Below are positions 35,923-46,425 of a DNA stretch of 64,000 nt, piece by piece. The stretch spans positions 1,364,001 through 1,428,000 of the forward strand of contig CP142727.1 in NCBI GenBank assembly GCA_036630325.1, written 5' to 3'. The stretch is from Vairimorpha necatrix. Taxonomy: Eukaryota. Under the pieces are notes generated by a model. That model saw only the letters and a program-made list of their open reading frames with translations. It ran no database searches and was not told where the DNA came from. How positions within the stretch are numbered: the stretch's first letter is position 1; each line of letters starts with the position of its first letter. The position numbers and the translations under genes were made by a program.

Positions 35923-37311
35923 TTAATTGTAATAAAAATATTGAGTACGTCTGCTTTGTCTGAAGGGTCCCCTGTGTCCACCAAAACCTCCAAAAAATTC
36001 TGCAAATGGTCCAAAATCGTCAAACCCTTTAAATTCTTGTTGTTCATGATGTTGATAATGTGCTCCTTGTTGGGCTTCCGGGGAATCTGGATCTACTCCT
36101 TTATCATACATTTCTTTTTTATTAGCATTTGAAAGTACTTGATACGCTTTATTAATTTTTGCATGTTTCTCCTCCCATTCTTCCTTTTGTTTTTCTGTCT
36201 TAGCAGCTCTCTCATTCTTGGCTATAAGTTTTACATAAGTTTTTTTTATTTGTTTTTGGTCCATATTTTTATTAACACCTATTAATTTATAATACCCAAG
36301 GAAGTCTGTTCCCGCTTTGTTTGTACTTGGTACGTACCTCTGTTTCCTTTGTCTTTCTTGTTCTTGTTTTCTCTTTTTTTCTTGTTTTTTTTCTTCTTCA
36401 ATTTTTTCTAATTTATTTTTTATTCTAAGTTCGTATTGTTGATTACTAAATTTTTTATTATTAAGGAGATTATTAGCAGATTCTGTTTGTTTAGAGTTTA
36501 GTAAACTCATAATATAAAAATATCTTGATTCTTCGTCATTTCTATTTTTATATAAAATTTTTGCTGATGAGACCATGTCTGATAATTCGAGAGTTATACC
36601 TAATGATACGTATTTATATAAAATTTCGTCTAATAATTTACTAAAAATACTTGGCGAAAAATTATCAGAAAATGTATTCATGTTGACTTTGTTGTACAAT
36701 TCCCTAAGTTGGTTATATTTTTGTTTGTTATTATTTAATTTTGACAACTCATTAAATTTTTCAAAAGCTTTTTTTAATTCATTGGCCAATTTATAAAATC
36801 CCAAATCTTCTAGTTTTTCTGCTCCTATCTCATAATTCCCATTTATACAGAAGTATTGTGCTTCGTATCTCAAGAAGTCGTTATCATCTGCCCAATAATT
36901 TTTTCCTTTATTTATTAAATTAAAAACATTAGTAAAATTTTTATCAATAAGTGCCGCTTTAATACAAGCTTTGATTACTACAGAACTGAAAGGCGAAATA
37001 TCAATTAATTTACTAATCTTCCTATAATCTCTACTGTTGATTATAGAAATACATTCTTTTGTTTTAGTTATTAGAGGAATGTTTAGATGTCCATATTTTT
37101 TTAAAATAGAATCGTAGTCGCCAATCCACAATAAAAATTCGATATGTTTAGTAAAAAATGCTTCTGCTTTACTGTATTGATGATAGTTAGTATCATAAAA
37201 TTTTTGGGCTTCTGGTATTTTACCCATTTTCTGATTTTGAATTGCAATGTACATTTCATCAGATACGTCTAATTTTGCAAATGCTATCATTGTTAATATT
37301 CTTGGAATCAT
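35923..37311 (-). CDS. ER DnaJ/TPR co-chaperone, DNAJC3/P58IPK (Jem1)-like
   Basis: Signal-like N-terminus, helical TPR-like body, C-terminal J domain (YYKLIGV...IKKTY...INKAYQVLSN..K..YDKGVDP), G/F-rich tail. Confidence 0.75.
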   Translation of the reverse strand: MIPRILTMIAFAKLDVSDEMYIAIQNQKMGKIPEAQKFYDTNYHQYSKAEAFFTKHIEFLLWIGDYDSILKKYGHLNIPLITKTKECISIINSRDYRKISKLIDISPFSSVVIKACIKAALIDKNFTNVFNLINKGKNYWADDNDFLRYEAQYFCINGNYEIGAEKLEDLGFYKLANELKKAFEKFNELSKLNNNKQKYNQLRELYNKVNMNTFSDNFSPSIFSKLLDEILYKYVSLGITLELSDMVSSAKILYKNRNDEESRYFYIMSLLNSKQTESANNLLNNKKFSNQQYELRIKNKLEKIEEEKKQEKKRKQEQERQRKQRYVPSTNKAGTDFLGYYKLIGVNKNMDQKQIKKTYVKLIAKNERAAKTEKQKEEWEEKHAKINKAYQVLSNANKKEMYDKGVDPDSPEAQQGAHYQHHEQQEFKGFDDFGPFAEFFGGFGGHRGPFRQSRRTQYFYYN

Positions 37312-37519
37312 AAGGGGTAAATAAAAAACGGTTTTTTTATTTTATTAAAAAAAAAAGAGAAAAAAGTGATATCAGAGAAAATGTTTTATTTGTCAATTAT
37401 TTGCATTTTTAAACAATTAAAAATTTTGATTTTTTTTTACAAATGTTGCAATTTCATTGGCCAGTTTTTTTCATATTTAAAATTTGAAAGATTCTTCTAA
37501 AATTTGTCAATTTTTATTT

Positions 37520-37680
37520 AAATCTGTTGTATGATATTTCATTTTAATCTGTTGTATGATACTTTATTTACAAATAAATATTGTCGATTTTTTATTGTTA
37601 ACTTATTTTGCGATAATTCAATTTCTCAAAAAAATATTGTCGATTTTTTAGTATTAGCTTATCTTGCGATAATTCAATTT
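37520..37680. repeat. Two short tandem duplications
   Basis: AATCTGTTGTATGATA twice (~26 bp apart); AAATATTGTCGATTTTT...TTAT.TTGCGATAATTCAATTT twice (~56 bp apart). Confidence 0.8.
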
Positions 37681-37800
37681 ACCATTTTAGTATGTAAAAA
37701 TTTAAAATTTTTGCATTTTAATACTATATTACCATAGATTCATTTTTTATTTGTTTAAATTTTATTAAAACATACTTGAATGTCTTAGATTCATTTTTAT

Positions 37801-39015
37801 TTAAATGCTTCCAGAATTTTGATTATTTTTTTTATTAAGTTCTTTAAGTGTTATAAAATACTGCACTGGCGTACTAATTAAATTACATTCTTGTCCACTT
37901 TCTCTCCCCAATATTTTATTACATCTTCCTATCGCATTCTTCTCACTAAAAATATCTTCAATATCAAACTTATATTGGTTTTTTATAAATTTTTTATCAT
38001 CTAAACACGGACACATACTTTTATTCTCTGAATTCCTTAGATTCCCCATTTTCACACATCCATGACTTGTATATTGAGCTTTCTTCCCTTCTAACCCGTA
38101 AGCGTGTCTTATATGATACAAATATTTTTTATCAAACACATCTTGTTCAATATTAAACCCTTTTCTGAATATTTCTATAGTTTCTTGTATAGGTATATTA
38201 GAGTCTTTTAAGAATAGTGCTAATGTTTGACGATCTCCATTTGCTATATGTTTATTGGTATTTAACAAATATAAAATTTTTTTTATACATGGTGGAAAAT
38301 ATTGAGAATGGGTTTGGAAATTTGATGAATCAGTTAATATCTTAATATCTTCTTGTAAAGAAGATATTCTTAATTTGTCTAGTCGTTCATCTGGATATTT
38401 TATAAGCATGTTTGATAATTTAGACATTTGTTCTTCTAAATCCATTTTATACTGGTTTATTATCAATATATCGCGACTTTGTTTGTCTAAATAAACATAC
38501 CCGTTTACTGGTTTTATAGATCTATTAGCTAGTAGATGACTTATACGACTAAAATGTACAGAAATATAATCATTTTTTTGTTTTTTAGGAGTATTTTGAT
38601 TGTAGGTTGATAATTCGTAAATATTTTTATCACTAAAATTTATATCAAATTTTTTACTAGTAAAAAAAAGTGGGTCAATCTGAAATGAGTTAGAACAAGA
38701 ATTAAGTTGCAGAGTGAAGTTGTAATTTGTGAATCTTTTGCCTAGTCTGTATTTTAAGAGACTTGTTTCTCGATTTATAAACCATTTTGCACTTTTCGCA
38801 GTACCAGCCATAATAAGTTTTGTTATGAAGTGCGACAGAGTGTCGTCTAAGTCGTTTAAGATGTCTGAGCAGGTATTTTTGAGTTTTAAGTCTTTTAAGA
38901 TCTTCATTCTTGTGTCGAATAATTTAGTAAATTCGTTATGATCGAATAAAGACTTGGGTAATTTAGTGTAGAAATTTGGACAAGAAGAAAGTTCTTTAGT
39001 TTTCAAGAAATTCAT
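37801..39015 (-). CDS. PRI2: DNA primase large subunit
   Basis: SHFI.KL, WFINRE..L.KYR, FPPCI, H....R..L.LFLKD, Y.IRH.YGLEGK...Y....C, CP; four candidate 4Fe-4S cysteines. Confidence 0.93.
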   Translation of the reverse strand: MNFLKTKELSSCPNFYTKLPKSLFDHNEFTKLFDTRMKILKDLKLKNTCSDILNDLDDTLSHFITKLIMAGTAKSAKWFINRETSLLKYRLGKRFTNYNFTLQLNSCSNSFQIDPLFFTSKKFDINFSDKNIYELSTYNQNTPKKQKNDYISVHFSRISHLLANRSIKPVNGYVYLDKQSRDILIINQYKMDLEEQMSKLSNMLIKYPDERLDKLRISSLQEDIKILTDSSNFQTHSQYFPPCIKKILYLLNTNKHIANGDRQTLALFLKDSNIPIQETIEIFRKGFNIEQDVFDKKYLYHIRHAYGLEGKKAQYTSHGCVKMGNLRNSENKSMCPCLDDKKFIKNQYKFDIEDIFSEKNAIGRCNKILGRESGQECNLISTPVQYFITLKELNKKNNQNSGSI

Positions 39016-39171
39016 ATTTAAGGGGGATTTTGAGAATAAGTCTAAGATAAGTTATTGAAAAAAGTAATATTTATTTGAAATTTAAATGACTTATTAAAAT
39101 TACGATATGTTACATATAAAATTCATATATATTAATTATGATATTCATATATATTAATTATAATATTTTCT

Positions 39172-39897
39172 TTATTTGGATTTATTTTTTCTTAGTTCCA
39201 TTTTGATTATACTACTTATACTCAATATTATTACTAGTATCCCCAAGAAATACATTATTTTATCTTTAATTCCTTTATAATTCTTCTTCATGATTCTCAG
39301 TTCCTTGTTAACTTTCTCAATATTCATATTTGTCTCATCATAAATCAAATCTAGTCTGTCAATACTTGAAGACCCCAAATGCATTAAAATTTTCATTTCT
39401 AAAATTACATTAGTAATTTCTAAGATATTCTTCTGTATTTCTGCGACTTCTTTATTTTCCACTGTAAGTGTATCTAATTCATAGAAATTTATATTATTAT
39501 TCTTAATATTATCTTTAAGACCAGTGTATGTTTCTAAATTAGATCTATCATTCTGTATGACTTGTTTATAATCAAGTAAGACTGTTTTCAATTTAGTACT
39601 GAAGTAATTAATTACAAACTTATTCAGGTCAATATTCCCAGTGTCAATTTCAATGATACTGGTCTCTATTTCTTTGAATCTGGTCTTTATTAGTTCACTC
39701 ATCTTCTGTATTTCTAAAATCTTCTTACTTTTGGACTCAAAAGAAGGCAGTTTTAATTTGTCCTGTTTAATATTTAGAAGTTTGATATTTTTAGATATTT
39801 CGTCTATATTAGATCTGATATTAGAGACTGAGACACACTGCCCCCTGTGGGGCAGTGTGTTCAGTTTTTTATATTCTGCTGTTCTGTTGATTATCAT
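39172..39897 (-). CDS. Qa-SNARE syntaxin, Tlg2/Syntaxin-16-like
   Basis: N-peptide INRT.EY, LPSF motif in Habc, SNARE motif with IDRLD, C-terminal TM. Confidence 0.75.
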   Translation of the reverse strand: MIINRTAEYKKLNTLPHRGQCVSVSNIRSNIDEISKNIKLLNIKQDKLKLPSFESKSKKILEIQKMSELIKTRFKEIETSIIEIDTGNIDLNKFVINYFSTKLKTVLLDYKQVIQNDRSNLETYTGLKDNIKNNNINFYELDTLTVENKEVAEIQKNILEITNVILEMKILMHLGSSSIDRLDLIYDETNMNIEKVNKELRIMKKNYKGIKDKIMYFLGILVIILSISSIIKMELRKNKSK

Positions 39898-40134
39898 TTT
39901 GTTTGTAAATAAACAAATTTCATAATTTATAAAACAGACACACGACAAAATACAATAGCACAAGATTATGATGTAATACTGTAAATTATATTGTATGGAT
40001 TATAATGTACATATTAATAAGGTTATTTTACTATTACATTACTAGCATATTATATTCATCGTACTGAATTACAATGTGCAGTATTATAATAAGATCCTTT
40101 ATACACTATAAATATGCTTTTATCTCGGCTTTTA

Positions 40135-40482
40135 TTAGTAACTCCCACACCCTGTACATTGACAGTTCTTACAGTGGAATTCCTTGTCTTTATATTTCTC
40201 TGGTATTCTACATTTACACACTGTGTTGTACTTGTGGACCCTTGGCTGGGCACATCTCAAGCAGCATAATTTCTCATATCCTGGGGTGGCCCATTTGTCT
40301 ATTAAGTTTTTATCCGCCAAGTTGTGGCTTATAAGTTTCTTGTAGTGTGCCATGCTGAGTGTCTTGTTCTTTAACATGTCTGATATCTTTCTGTTTCTCT
40401 CGTAGTGAAGCTTAAAGATATTTGCGCCTTCTTTTCTCATTTCTTCATTTATTTCCCTTAAGAAATCTATCAGTTCATCCAT
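40135..40482 (-). CDS. BUD31: Bud31/G10 spliceosome-associated zinc cluster protein
   Basis: ADKNLI.KW..PGYEKLCCLRC, C.CR.P, C..C.C.GC.S; start after CCC. Confidence 0.93.
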   Translation of the reverse strand: MDELIDFLREINEEMRKEGANIFKLHYERNRKISDMLKNKTLSMAHYKKLISHNLADKNLIDKWATPGYEKLCCLRCAQPRVHKYNTVCKCRIPEKYKDKEFHCKNCQCTGCGSY

Positions 40483-40597
40483 CCAAAAAGGGTTATATTT
40501 ATCAATGTATACATTATTAATATAGTAGACATATATCAACATGCACTAGATATGTAAAATAGTATATATTTACTATATAAATATAATTCTTCATTAA

Positions 40598-41350
40598 TTA
40601 ATGTATTCTCTTTTCATCTTTGTATATTTTATATTCTGTTTTACTTCTCTCTATCTTATAAATCTCATCTCTAATTATAAATACTCGCTCTCCTAATCCA
40701 TCTTCTAAAATCTTCCCATAATTCACTACTTCCCCGTCTTCTTTATACTTCAGAATAAAAATCTTAGAAATATATAAATTAATATAATAAATATTCCTAC
40801 TAATATTTATATTATTATTAATAATGAAATCTACTAAATCATCTATATTAATATTACTATCTACATTATCCATTCTGCCTCTCTTAATTTTAATAAAATA
40901 ATCTTCATTCTCAAATTCTTGCTCTACTAAATATCCACTGGTACTTCTATTCTCTACATACACGAAATCTCTGCATCTAATGTAAAAATAGAACTCTACT
41001 TCTTTATTAGTCTCATTCTTACTATTTAATATGTCTAGTCCTCTGTCTATGTACTCTATACATGGTCTGATAATATTAATATTATCATTCATAATAATAT
41101 CTTCTTTTACGCCGACTTGTCTTATAATTCCCTTATTCAGTAAATCATAAGTCGAGTTTAATGTGTCAACTTCGACTTTACAAAGATTTAACTGAGTCCT
41201 GAGCTCACTGAGAGTGTCTTCGGACGAATTTAATAAATGGAGATCATTCCAAGACTTGGAGAGTGGATCAAGAATATCTTCATAAATAGGAAGGTCGTCA
41301 GTGAAACCAAGTAAACGGGGCAAGTGGAGATCTTTAGTGTTGAACTTCAT
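40598..41350 (-). CDS. Hypothetical protein (~250 aa); faint resemblance to Mediator Med17 N-terminal helix
   Basis: ATG directly after CCC; LRTQLNLCKVEVDTLNSTYDLL is only loosely Med17-like, so function is unsupported. Confidence 0.75.
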   Translation of the reverse strand: MKFNTKDLHLPRLLGFTDDLPIYEDILDPLSKSWNDLHLLNSSEDTLSELRTQLNLCKVEVDTLNSTYDLLNKGIIRQVGVKEDIIMNDNINIIRPCIEYIDRGLDILNSKNETNKEVEFYFYIRCRDFVYVENRSTSGYLVEQEFENEDYFIKIKRGRMDNVDSNINIDDLVDFIINNNINISRNIYYINLYISKIFILKYKEDGEVVNYGKILEDGLGERVFIIRDEIYKIERSKTEYKIYKDEKRIH

Positions 41351-42272
41351 GGGTAAAAAGGAAACAAGAAAATATAAAAATAACATTAAGCCTTTCACAC
41401 ATAAAATCATGTATAAATATTTCTGTATTATGCTCATAGACGAGTCAAAGCAGAGGCCGCCATTCACTTCTATGTCTAAAACATTCGGGCTTCTTTTTGG
41501 ATCTTCTCTAAATAATCTTGCTTAATCTTTTAAGCTTTGGAAAAATTGAGAGTTTAAATTCAGCTCTAGCTCTTTTCTATCTTGTCTTGATAGTTAATAA
41601 GCACTTCATTTCGCCCGCGTACGGGATTATAAAGACTTGATTTATAAACAGAAGCAGTATGGATTATGGGAGATCGTACTTATAGATAATTTTCATTGTC
41701 AATCTTTATCAAATTTAGCAATATCGACATCTACGTTGATCCTTTCCTATTATATTTTGTAAACATGTTTTAATAGATTGATATGTCATTATCCTTGCAT
41801 TATCTAAAAATAACTAGTATCATAGGTAAATTATATCTAAATACATATTCTTACTTTATGTACCTATACTTAATCATTACAGGATAATTGTTATATGCCT
41901 GAATAATATGATTCATAAACTTATCCTCGTCATTTAATTTTTCCTGAAAAAATTTCATAATATTTATGCATATTTTTTTTCCTTAAATATTTTCTTAAAT
42001 TAATTTGTTTGTCAAGACAAACAAATTGCCAAATAAAAATAAATACTTAAAAACAATTTCATTTTAAGTATAAACTAAATTTTCCATTTTATACCATGCC
42101 TAAGGTTAAAATTCAAAATTCTTTTTGTTTTTATGATTTTTTAATTTATCAAATCTTGTCGTGGCCTTAATTGAAACTTGACAGGCGTCTACTGACGATC
42201 GTTCTCCTACTAAATTTCGAGGAGAAATACTTTTTATTTTTTTTATATTAAAAATTTTTCTACTCCCTTAAC

Positions 42273-42551
42273 ATGTGGTATATTTACCTTGGCTTGTCTT
42301 CGTTGTCAGATCTCGTTTCCTACAACAGTAGTCATTTAATTTATCCTCAGTGCTTTTTAAATGACTCTTCCGATCCATTCGATATTTTTTGTTATATTAA
42401 AAATATGATGAATTTAATTTTATTCGTATTAGTAGCTGAAGGTTTGGTGATTGGATTTCATAAAAGAAGACGATTAATAAGATGTGGTGAAGGTGTTTAT
42501 TTTTTATGGCATTCGTCTAAAATGGTACATAAATATGTAAACAATAAATGA
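42273..42551 (+). CDS. Small hypothetical membrane protein (92 aa)
   Basis: AAATTTTT..CCCTTAAC promoter-like motif before ATG; TM segment followed by HKRRR. Confidence 0.55.
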   Translation: MWYIYLGLSSLSDLVSYNSSHLIYPQCFLNDSSDPFDIFCYIKNMMNLILFVLVAEGLVIGFHKRRRLIRCGEGVYFLWHSSKMVHKYVNNK

Positions 42552-42763
42552 AATTTACTTATTTATGTGTAGTTTGCATTTAATAATTTATTTCTCTTAT
42601 AAAGAGTTCAGTTTTTTAATATGTCAATTTTTTCATTTATTATAACGGCTAAATAAAACTTAAATTAATATTTTTACACTATCTTTTTAAAAACATAATT
42701 TTTACAAATTGAGACATTTTACATTTTTTTGTTTTTTTTTACCGCCCTCTTAAAAACTAATCC

Positions 42764-43351
42764 ATGTTTACAAATTTTTCTAACAAGTTTAAAAAGTTAA
42801 ATGTTCCAACAAAACAAGATAAAAAATATTTATTAAAATATCGAACATATTCTGATGAATGTGTGGAAGCTATTTTATCACTTAAAAGTGACAATAATAA
42901 ATTTAATATTTATCAAAATAAAAATATTGATGATAATAAAAATATTATTAGTTGCAATAATAATTTTGAAGACAATAGAAATAAAATTGAAGACAATAGT
43001 AATAAAATTAAAGACAATAGTAATAAAATTGAAGACAAAAGTAATAAAAACGATCTATTAGATAAATATATAAAGAAAAATAAAAAGCATAAAGTAGAAG
43101 AATCATCAGATAAAAAACCTTTTAATTATAGAACTTTACTCTGCAAATTTTTTCTAGTTAATGCTTGTACTAAAGGTGACGACTGTGGTTATTCACACGA
43201 CACATCTCAATTTCCTTGTAAAGCGCATTTTGTCAGACAAAGTTGTAAACGGAAAAATTGTCTGTTTTCTCATGACCCAAATACGCTCGACAAACTAGAC
43301 GAATGTTTAGAAGACAATAATTTAAGCAAGGTAGACTCGCCATTTTTCTAA
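42764..43351 (+). CDS. Tandem CCCH zinc-finger protein
   Basis: CKFFLVNACTKGDDCGYSH and CKAHFVRQSCKRKNCLFSH; internal 21-nt repeat (NKIEDNS-like, ~4 copies). Confidence 0.9.
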   Translation: MFTNFSNKFKKLNVPTKQDKKYLLKYRTYSDECVEAILSLKSDNNKFNIYQNKNIDDNKNIISCNNNFEDNRNKIEDNSNKIKDNSNKIEDKSNKNDLLDKYIKKNKKHKVEESSDKKPFNYRTLLCKFFLVNACTKGDDCGYSHDTSQFPCKAHFVRQSCKRKNCLFSHDPNTLDKLDECLEDNNLSKVDSPFF

Positions 43352-43380
43352 AAAAAAATTTTATAAAAATAAACAATATT

Positions 43381-45843
43381 TTATTTATTATCGTTATTTT
43401 TCTTGTTTAGTTTTTCGTAATATTTTACTAAATTTCCTACTTTGTTTTTCCTGATGTTTTGTAATGTCTCGCTATAATTTGCACGGTCGTTTTCTATAAA
43501 AGTAATAGTAGAATTATTCGAATCGGAATCATTTTGAATAGACTGAACCTCGCTGTTGTCAGATAAATTTATCTCTATTTCGACATAATTTACTGGGCCT
43601 TCGGCGTTTTGTACTTCTTGCTTAGTTGATATTTCTGATGAATTTTTTAGCGGAACAGTGGCTTCTTTCTCAGATCTAGTAGATTTGGAAGAATCAACTT
43701 TGGACGAAATAAGTGGCTCAATGGGAGAAGTTTTAGTAAGATTTCTTACGGAGGCCCTGTCTGATTCATTTAAATGTACCGTTTTGGAAATTGATCTAAT
43801 ACTAAGATTTTCTTCCGATTTATTAAAACTAGTTGAAGTCGCCTTTGGTTTAATACTGAGATCTTTTACTGATTTATTCAAATTTGTATCAATTTTTGAT
43901 TGACTGGCAACATCAACAGGACAAGCATTGGTAAGATTTTTGACTGATTCATTTAAATTTGACTTATTGCTTTGTTCTTTGACCGAGAGATTCGATTTTG
44001 TAGCAACTTTTGAATGAGAAAGATTATCAATTGGACAGGCATTGGTGAGATTTTTAACTGATTCATTTATATTTGACTTATTGCTTTGTTCTTTTGGCAA
44101 AAGATTTGATTTAGTAGCGACTTTTGAATGAGATAGATTATCAATTGGACAGGCATTAGTGAGATTTTTAATTGATTCATTTATATTTGACTTATTACTA
44201 GAACCTTCGACTGAACTATTTGCTTTGATTACAAAATTTTTTAGTGTTGATTTGTCGTCATTCTGAGTTCGTTTAACAGACATTTCTGCTTCGTTCTCAT
44301 TTTTTGATGTTTTAATATTAAAATTTGTCAAAGTAGAATACTTGTCCGACTCATTGGGCGCCAAGTTGATCGGGTTGTTTTTAATTTGTTCTTTTAATAA
44401 TTCATTTACAATTGCAACTTCGGCCTTTTCTTCATTAGAGATGAGTTTTTCTTCTTCCACGATGTTTTCCTTTTCTAATAGCTTACTATTGTGTTCAACA
44501 AGTTCATTTACAATAATTTCGCTTTCCCCGAGACCTAAAACCTCTGCGAGTGTTTCTGTTCCCATAGAAATTGTAGTGTCTTCTCCAGCATTCTTGGCAA
44601 TTTCTTCAATTATCTTTTTACTGCCTTGATCTATTGTTTCCTTGTTGTTTATCATTCGCTCCCATTCTTCATTTAGACCATATATATCTTTTTGGTTTAT
44701 TACGTTTTTACCATGATGTTCAATGGGACATGGTGATGCACAAGTCGTATTTGGTGGTAATTTCTTTTCTACTACATCTATCGAAACATGTTCTCCTTCT
44801 AGAAGCGACTTAGCTGAATCTTCTTTAGATTCGTCCGGTTTGTCTTTTACTAATCTTACTGACATATTACCTCCTACTAGTAAAGGCTGTATATTAGGCG
44901 GGATTTCTTCCATTGTATTTAGTGCTTTATTTTCCTCTTCTAATGCAGATTCTATATTCCGATTTTCATTGTCTACTACTAAATTTAAAGGTATATTTTC
45001 TTCTTCTAATAAAGATTTAATTTTTTTATATTCTTCTTCGTAAGTTACTGAATTTGACAACGTTGTCTCTTCATGTGTAGCTTCATAAGTCACTTCCTCG
45101 CTTGAACTATCAAATGCGCTTTTAGTAATAAGACCTTCTTCATCAGAATTAATACTACAAGACGAAAAAGGTTCCGAGTTATGATCTTCATAATAATTAT
45201 GTTCAGCGCATGTACATTTATCACTTGAAATTCCATGTCCACAATAACAAATAACCAATACATTGTCTTTCACATCATTACAATGGGATATTTCTAATAT
45301 AGTAGGCTGGTTTTCTTTTATTGGTTCTACATGAGAATTTTTTATTTCTTTAACGATTTTTTGCAATTTTTTTTGATATGATTCTTTTTTCTCGTTTGGC
45401 GATTTAATTGTACTGTATATCTGATTATTAATATCATCTTCGACGTAGTGATTTATCTCATATGAATTGATTTTACCTTCTTCGTTGACTATAAAAACAT
45501 CAAAAGTACTAGCAGTGGTAGTATTCTTTTTTACATCTTTTAATAATTCTGGTATAGCATTTGAGAATACACATGCAGCGCCTAATACGACAGATGGATC
45601 GTTTTGAATGGTTTCTAATTTATTTTTTTCAATTTCGGATTCGATATTTTCAAGATCAATTTGCGATTCATGTAGACTTTTCTCTTGTGTGTTTTCAACT
45701 GTCGTTTTATTAGTACTTTTCAAATTTTCATCTTCTTGCGTCTCTTTTTCAAGTGGTAAAGTTTTATTAGGTTTATTAGCATTTGTCTTTTCAATTAGTC
45801 TACTAATACTTTTTTTAATAGGATCATCATTGTTATTATTCAT
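43381..45843 (-). CDS. Large low-complexity (S/N/E/K-rich) hypothetical protein with internal 38-aa repeats
   Basis: ~820-aa ORF from the ATG after CCCC; repeats listed separately. Confidence 0.88.
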   Translation of the reverse strand: MNNNNDDPIKKSISRLIEKTNANKPNKTLPLEKETQEDENLKSTNKTTVENTQEKSLHESQIDLENIESEIEKNKLETIQNDPSVVLGAACVFSNAIPELLKDVKKNTTTASTFDVFIVNEEGKINSYEINHYVEDDINNQIYSTIKSPNEKKESYQKKLQKIVKEIKNSHVEPIKENQPTILEISHCNDVKDNVLVICYCGHGISSDKCTCAEHNYYEDHNSEPFSSCSINSDEEGLITKSAFDSSSEEVTYEATHEETTLSNSVTYEEEYKKIKSLLEEENIPLNLVVDNENRNIESALEEENKALNTMEEIPPNIQPLLVGGNMSVRLVKDKPDESKEDSAKSLLEGEHVSIDVVEKKLPPNTTCASPCPIEHHGKNVINQKDIYGLNEEWERMINNKETIDQGSKKIIEEIAKNAGEDTTISMGTETLAEVLGLGESEIIVNELVEHNSKLLEKENIVEEEKLISNEEKAEVAIVNELLKEQIKNNPINLAPNESDKYSTLTNFNIKTSKNENEAEMSVKRTQNDDKSTLKNFVIKANSSVEGSSNKSNINESIKNLTNACPIDNLSHSKVATKSNLLPKEQSNKSNINESVKNLTNACPIDNLSHSKVATKSNLSVKEQSNKSNLNESVKNLTNACPVDVASQSKIDTNLNKSVKDLSIKPKATSTSFNKSEENLSIRSISKTVHLNESDRASVRNLTKTSPIEPLISSKVDSSKSTRSEKEATVPLKNSSEISTKQEVQNAEGPVNYVEIEINLSDNSEVQSIQNDSDSNNSTITFIENDRANYSETLQNIRKNKVGNLVKYYEKLNKKNNDNK
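43915..44200 (-). repeat. Coding tandem repeat, 114-bp unit, ~2.5 copies
   Basis: CTTATT anchors at 43963, 44077 and 44191; unit SNKSNINES.KNLTNACPIDNLSHSKVATKSNL..KEQ. Confidence 0.92.
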
Positions 45844-46425
45844 TATAACTATGGGGAATACTGTTTTTATATTTAATTTTATATTAGTAACCAATAAAAA
45901 ATCTTTATCTTTTATTGGGTAGTTAATTACCAATGAAAAAAAATTTTGAATTTTTACACCTTTATAGTATTGGTTGTAATAACGTGTTAAAATGTATATT
46001 GAGCAAAAATATTCGTAAAATGTCTTTTTTATTTAATCATATCAAAAGACTTCATAGGTGTTTCTTTAAAAAAGATTTGACGGGTTAATCGCTTCGAAAA
46101 AACAAATGTAAAAAATTTTAATTAAAACGTGTTTTATTAAAAAAACACTTGTGTAATTTTATATAACGATCACGAACATCAAATTATAATAACTTAGATC
46201 AAATTGATATGATCAAAAATATACCAATGTTGATCAATATTGTGCAATTCTGAAGCTTTAAGTAAAATTTGTTGAAAAAAAAATTAAACACCCCATTAAT
46301 AAGTCAAATATTGTAAAATCCGTGCATATTTTTATAAATCGCTAATTTTTTTTTTGTTTTCTTCATTTGTTTTTTTTGATATTTTTGACATTAAGTTTAA
46401 AATGTTTTCTTTTTGTGCCCTCAGA

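Noticed and set aside
41400-41700. Coding-like stretch upstream of the 41350 gene (LFREDPKRSPNV, kinase-tail-like)
   Set aside because: Frames are broken by stops and no other kinase motif is present.
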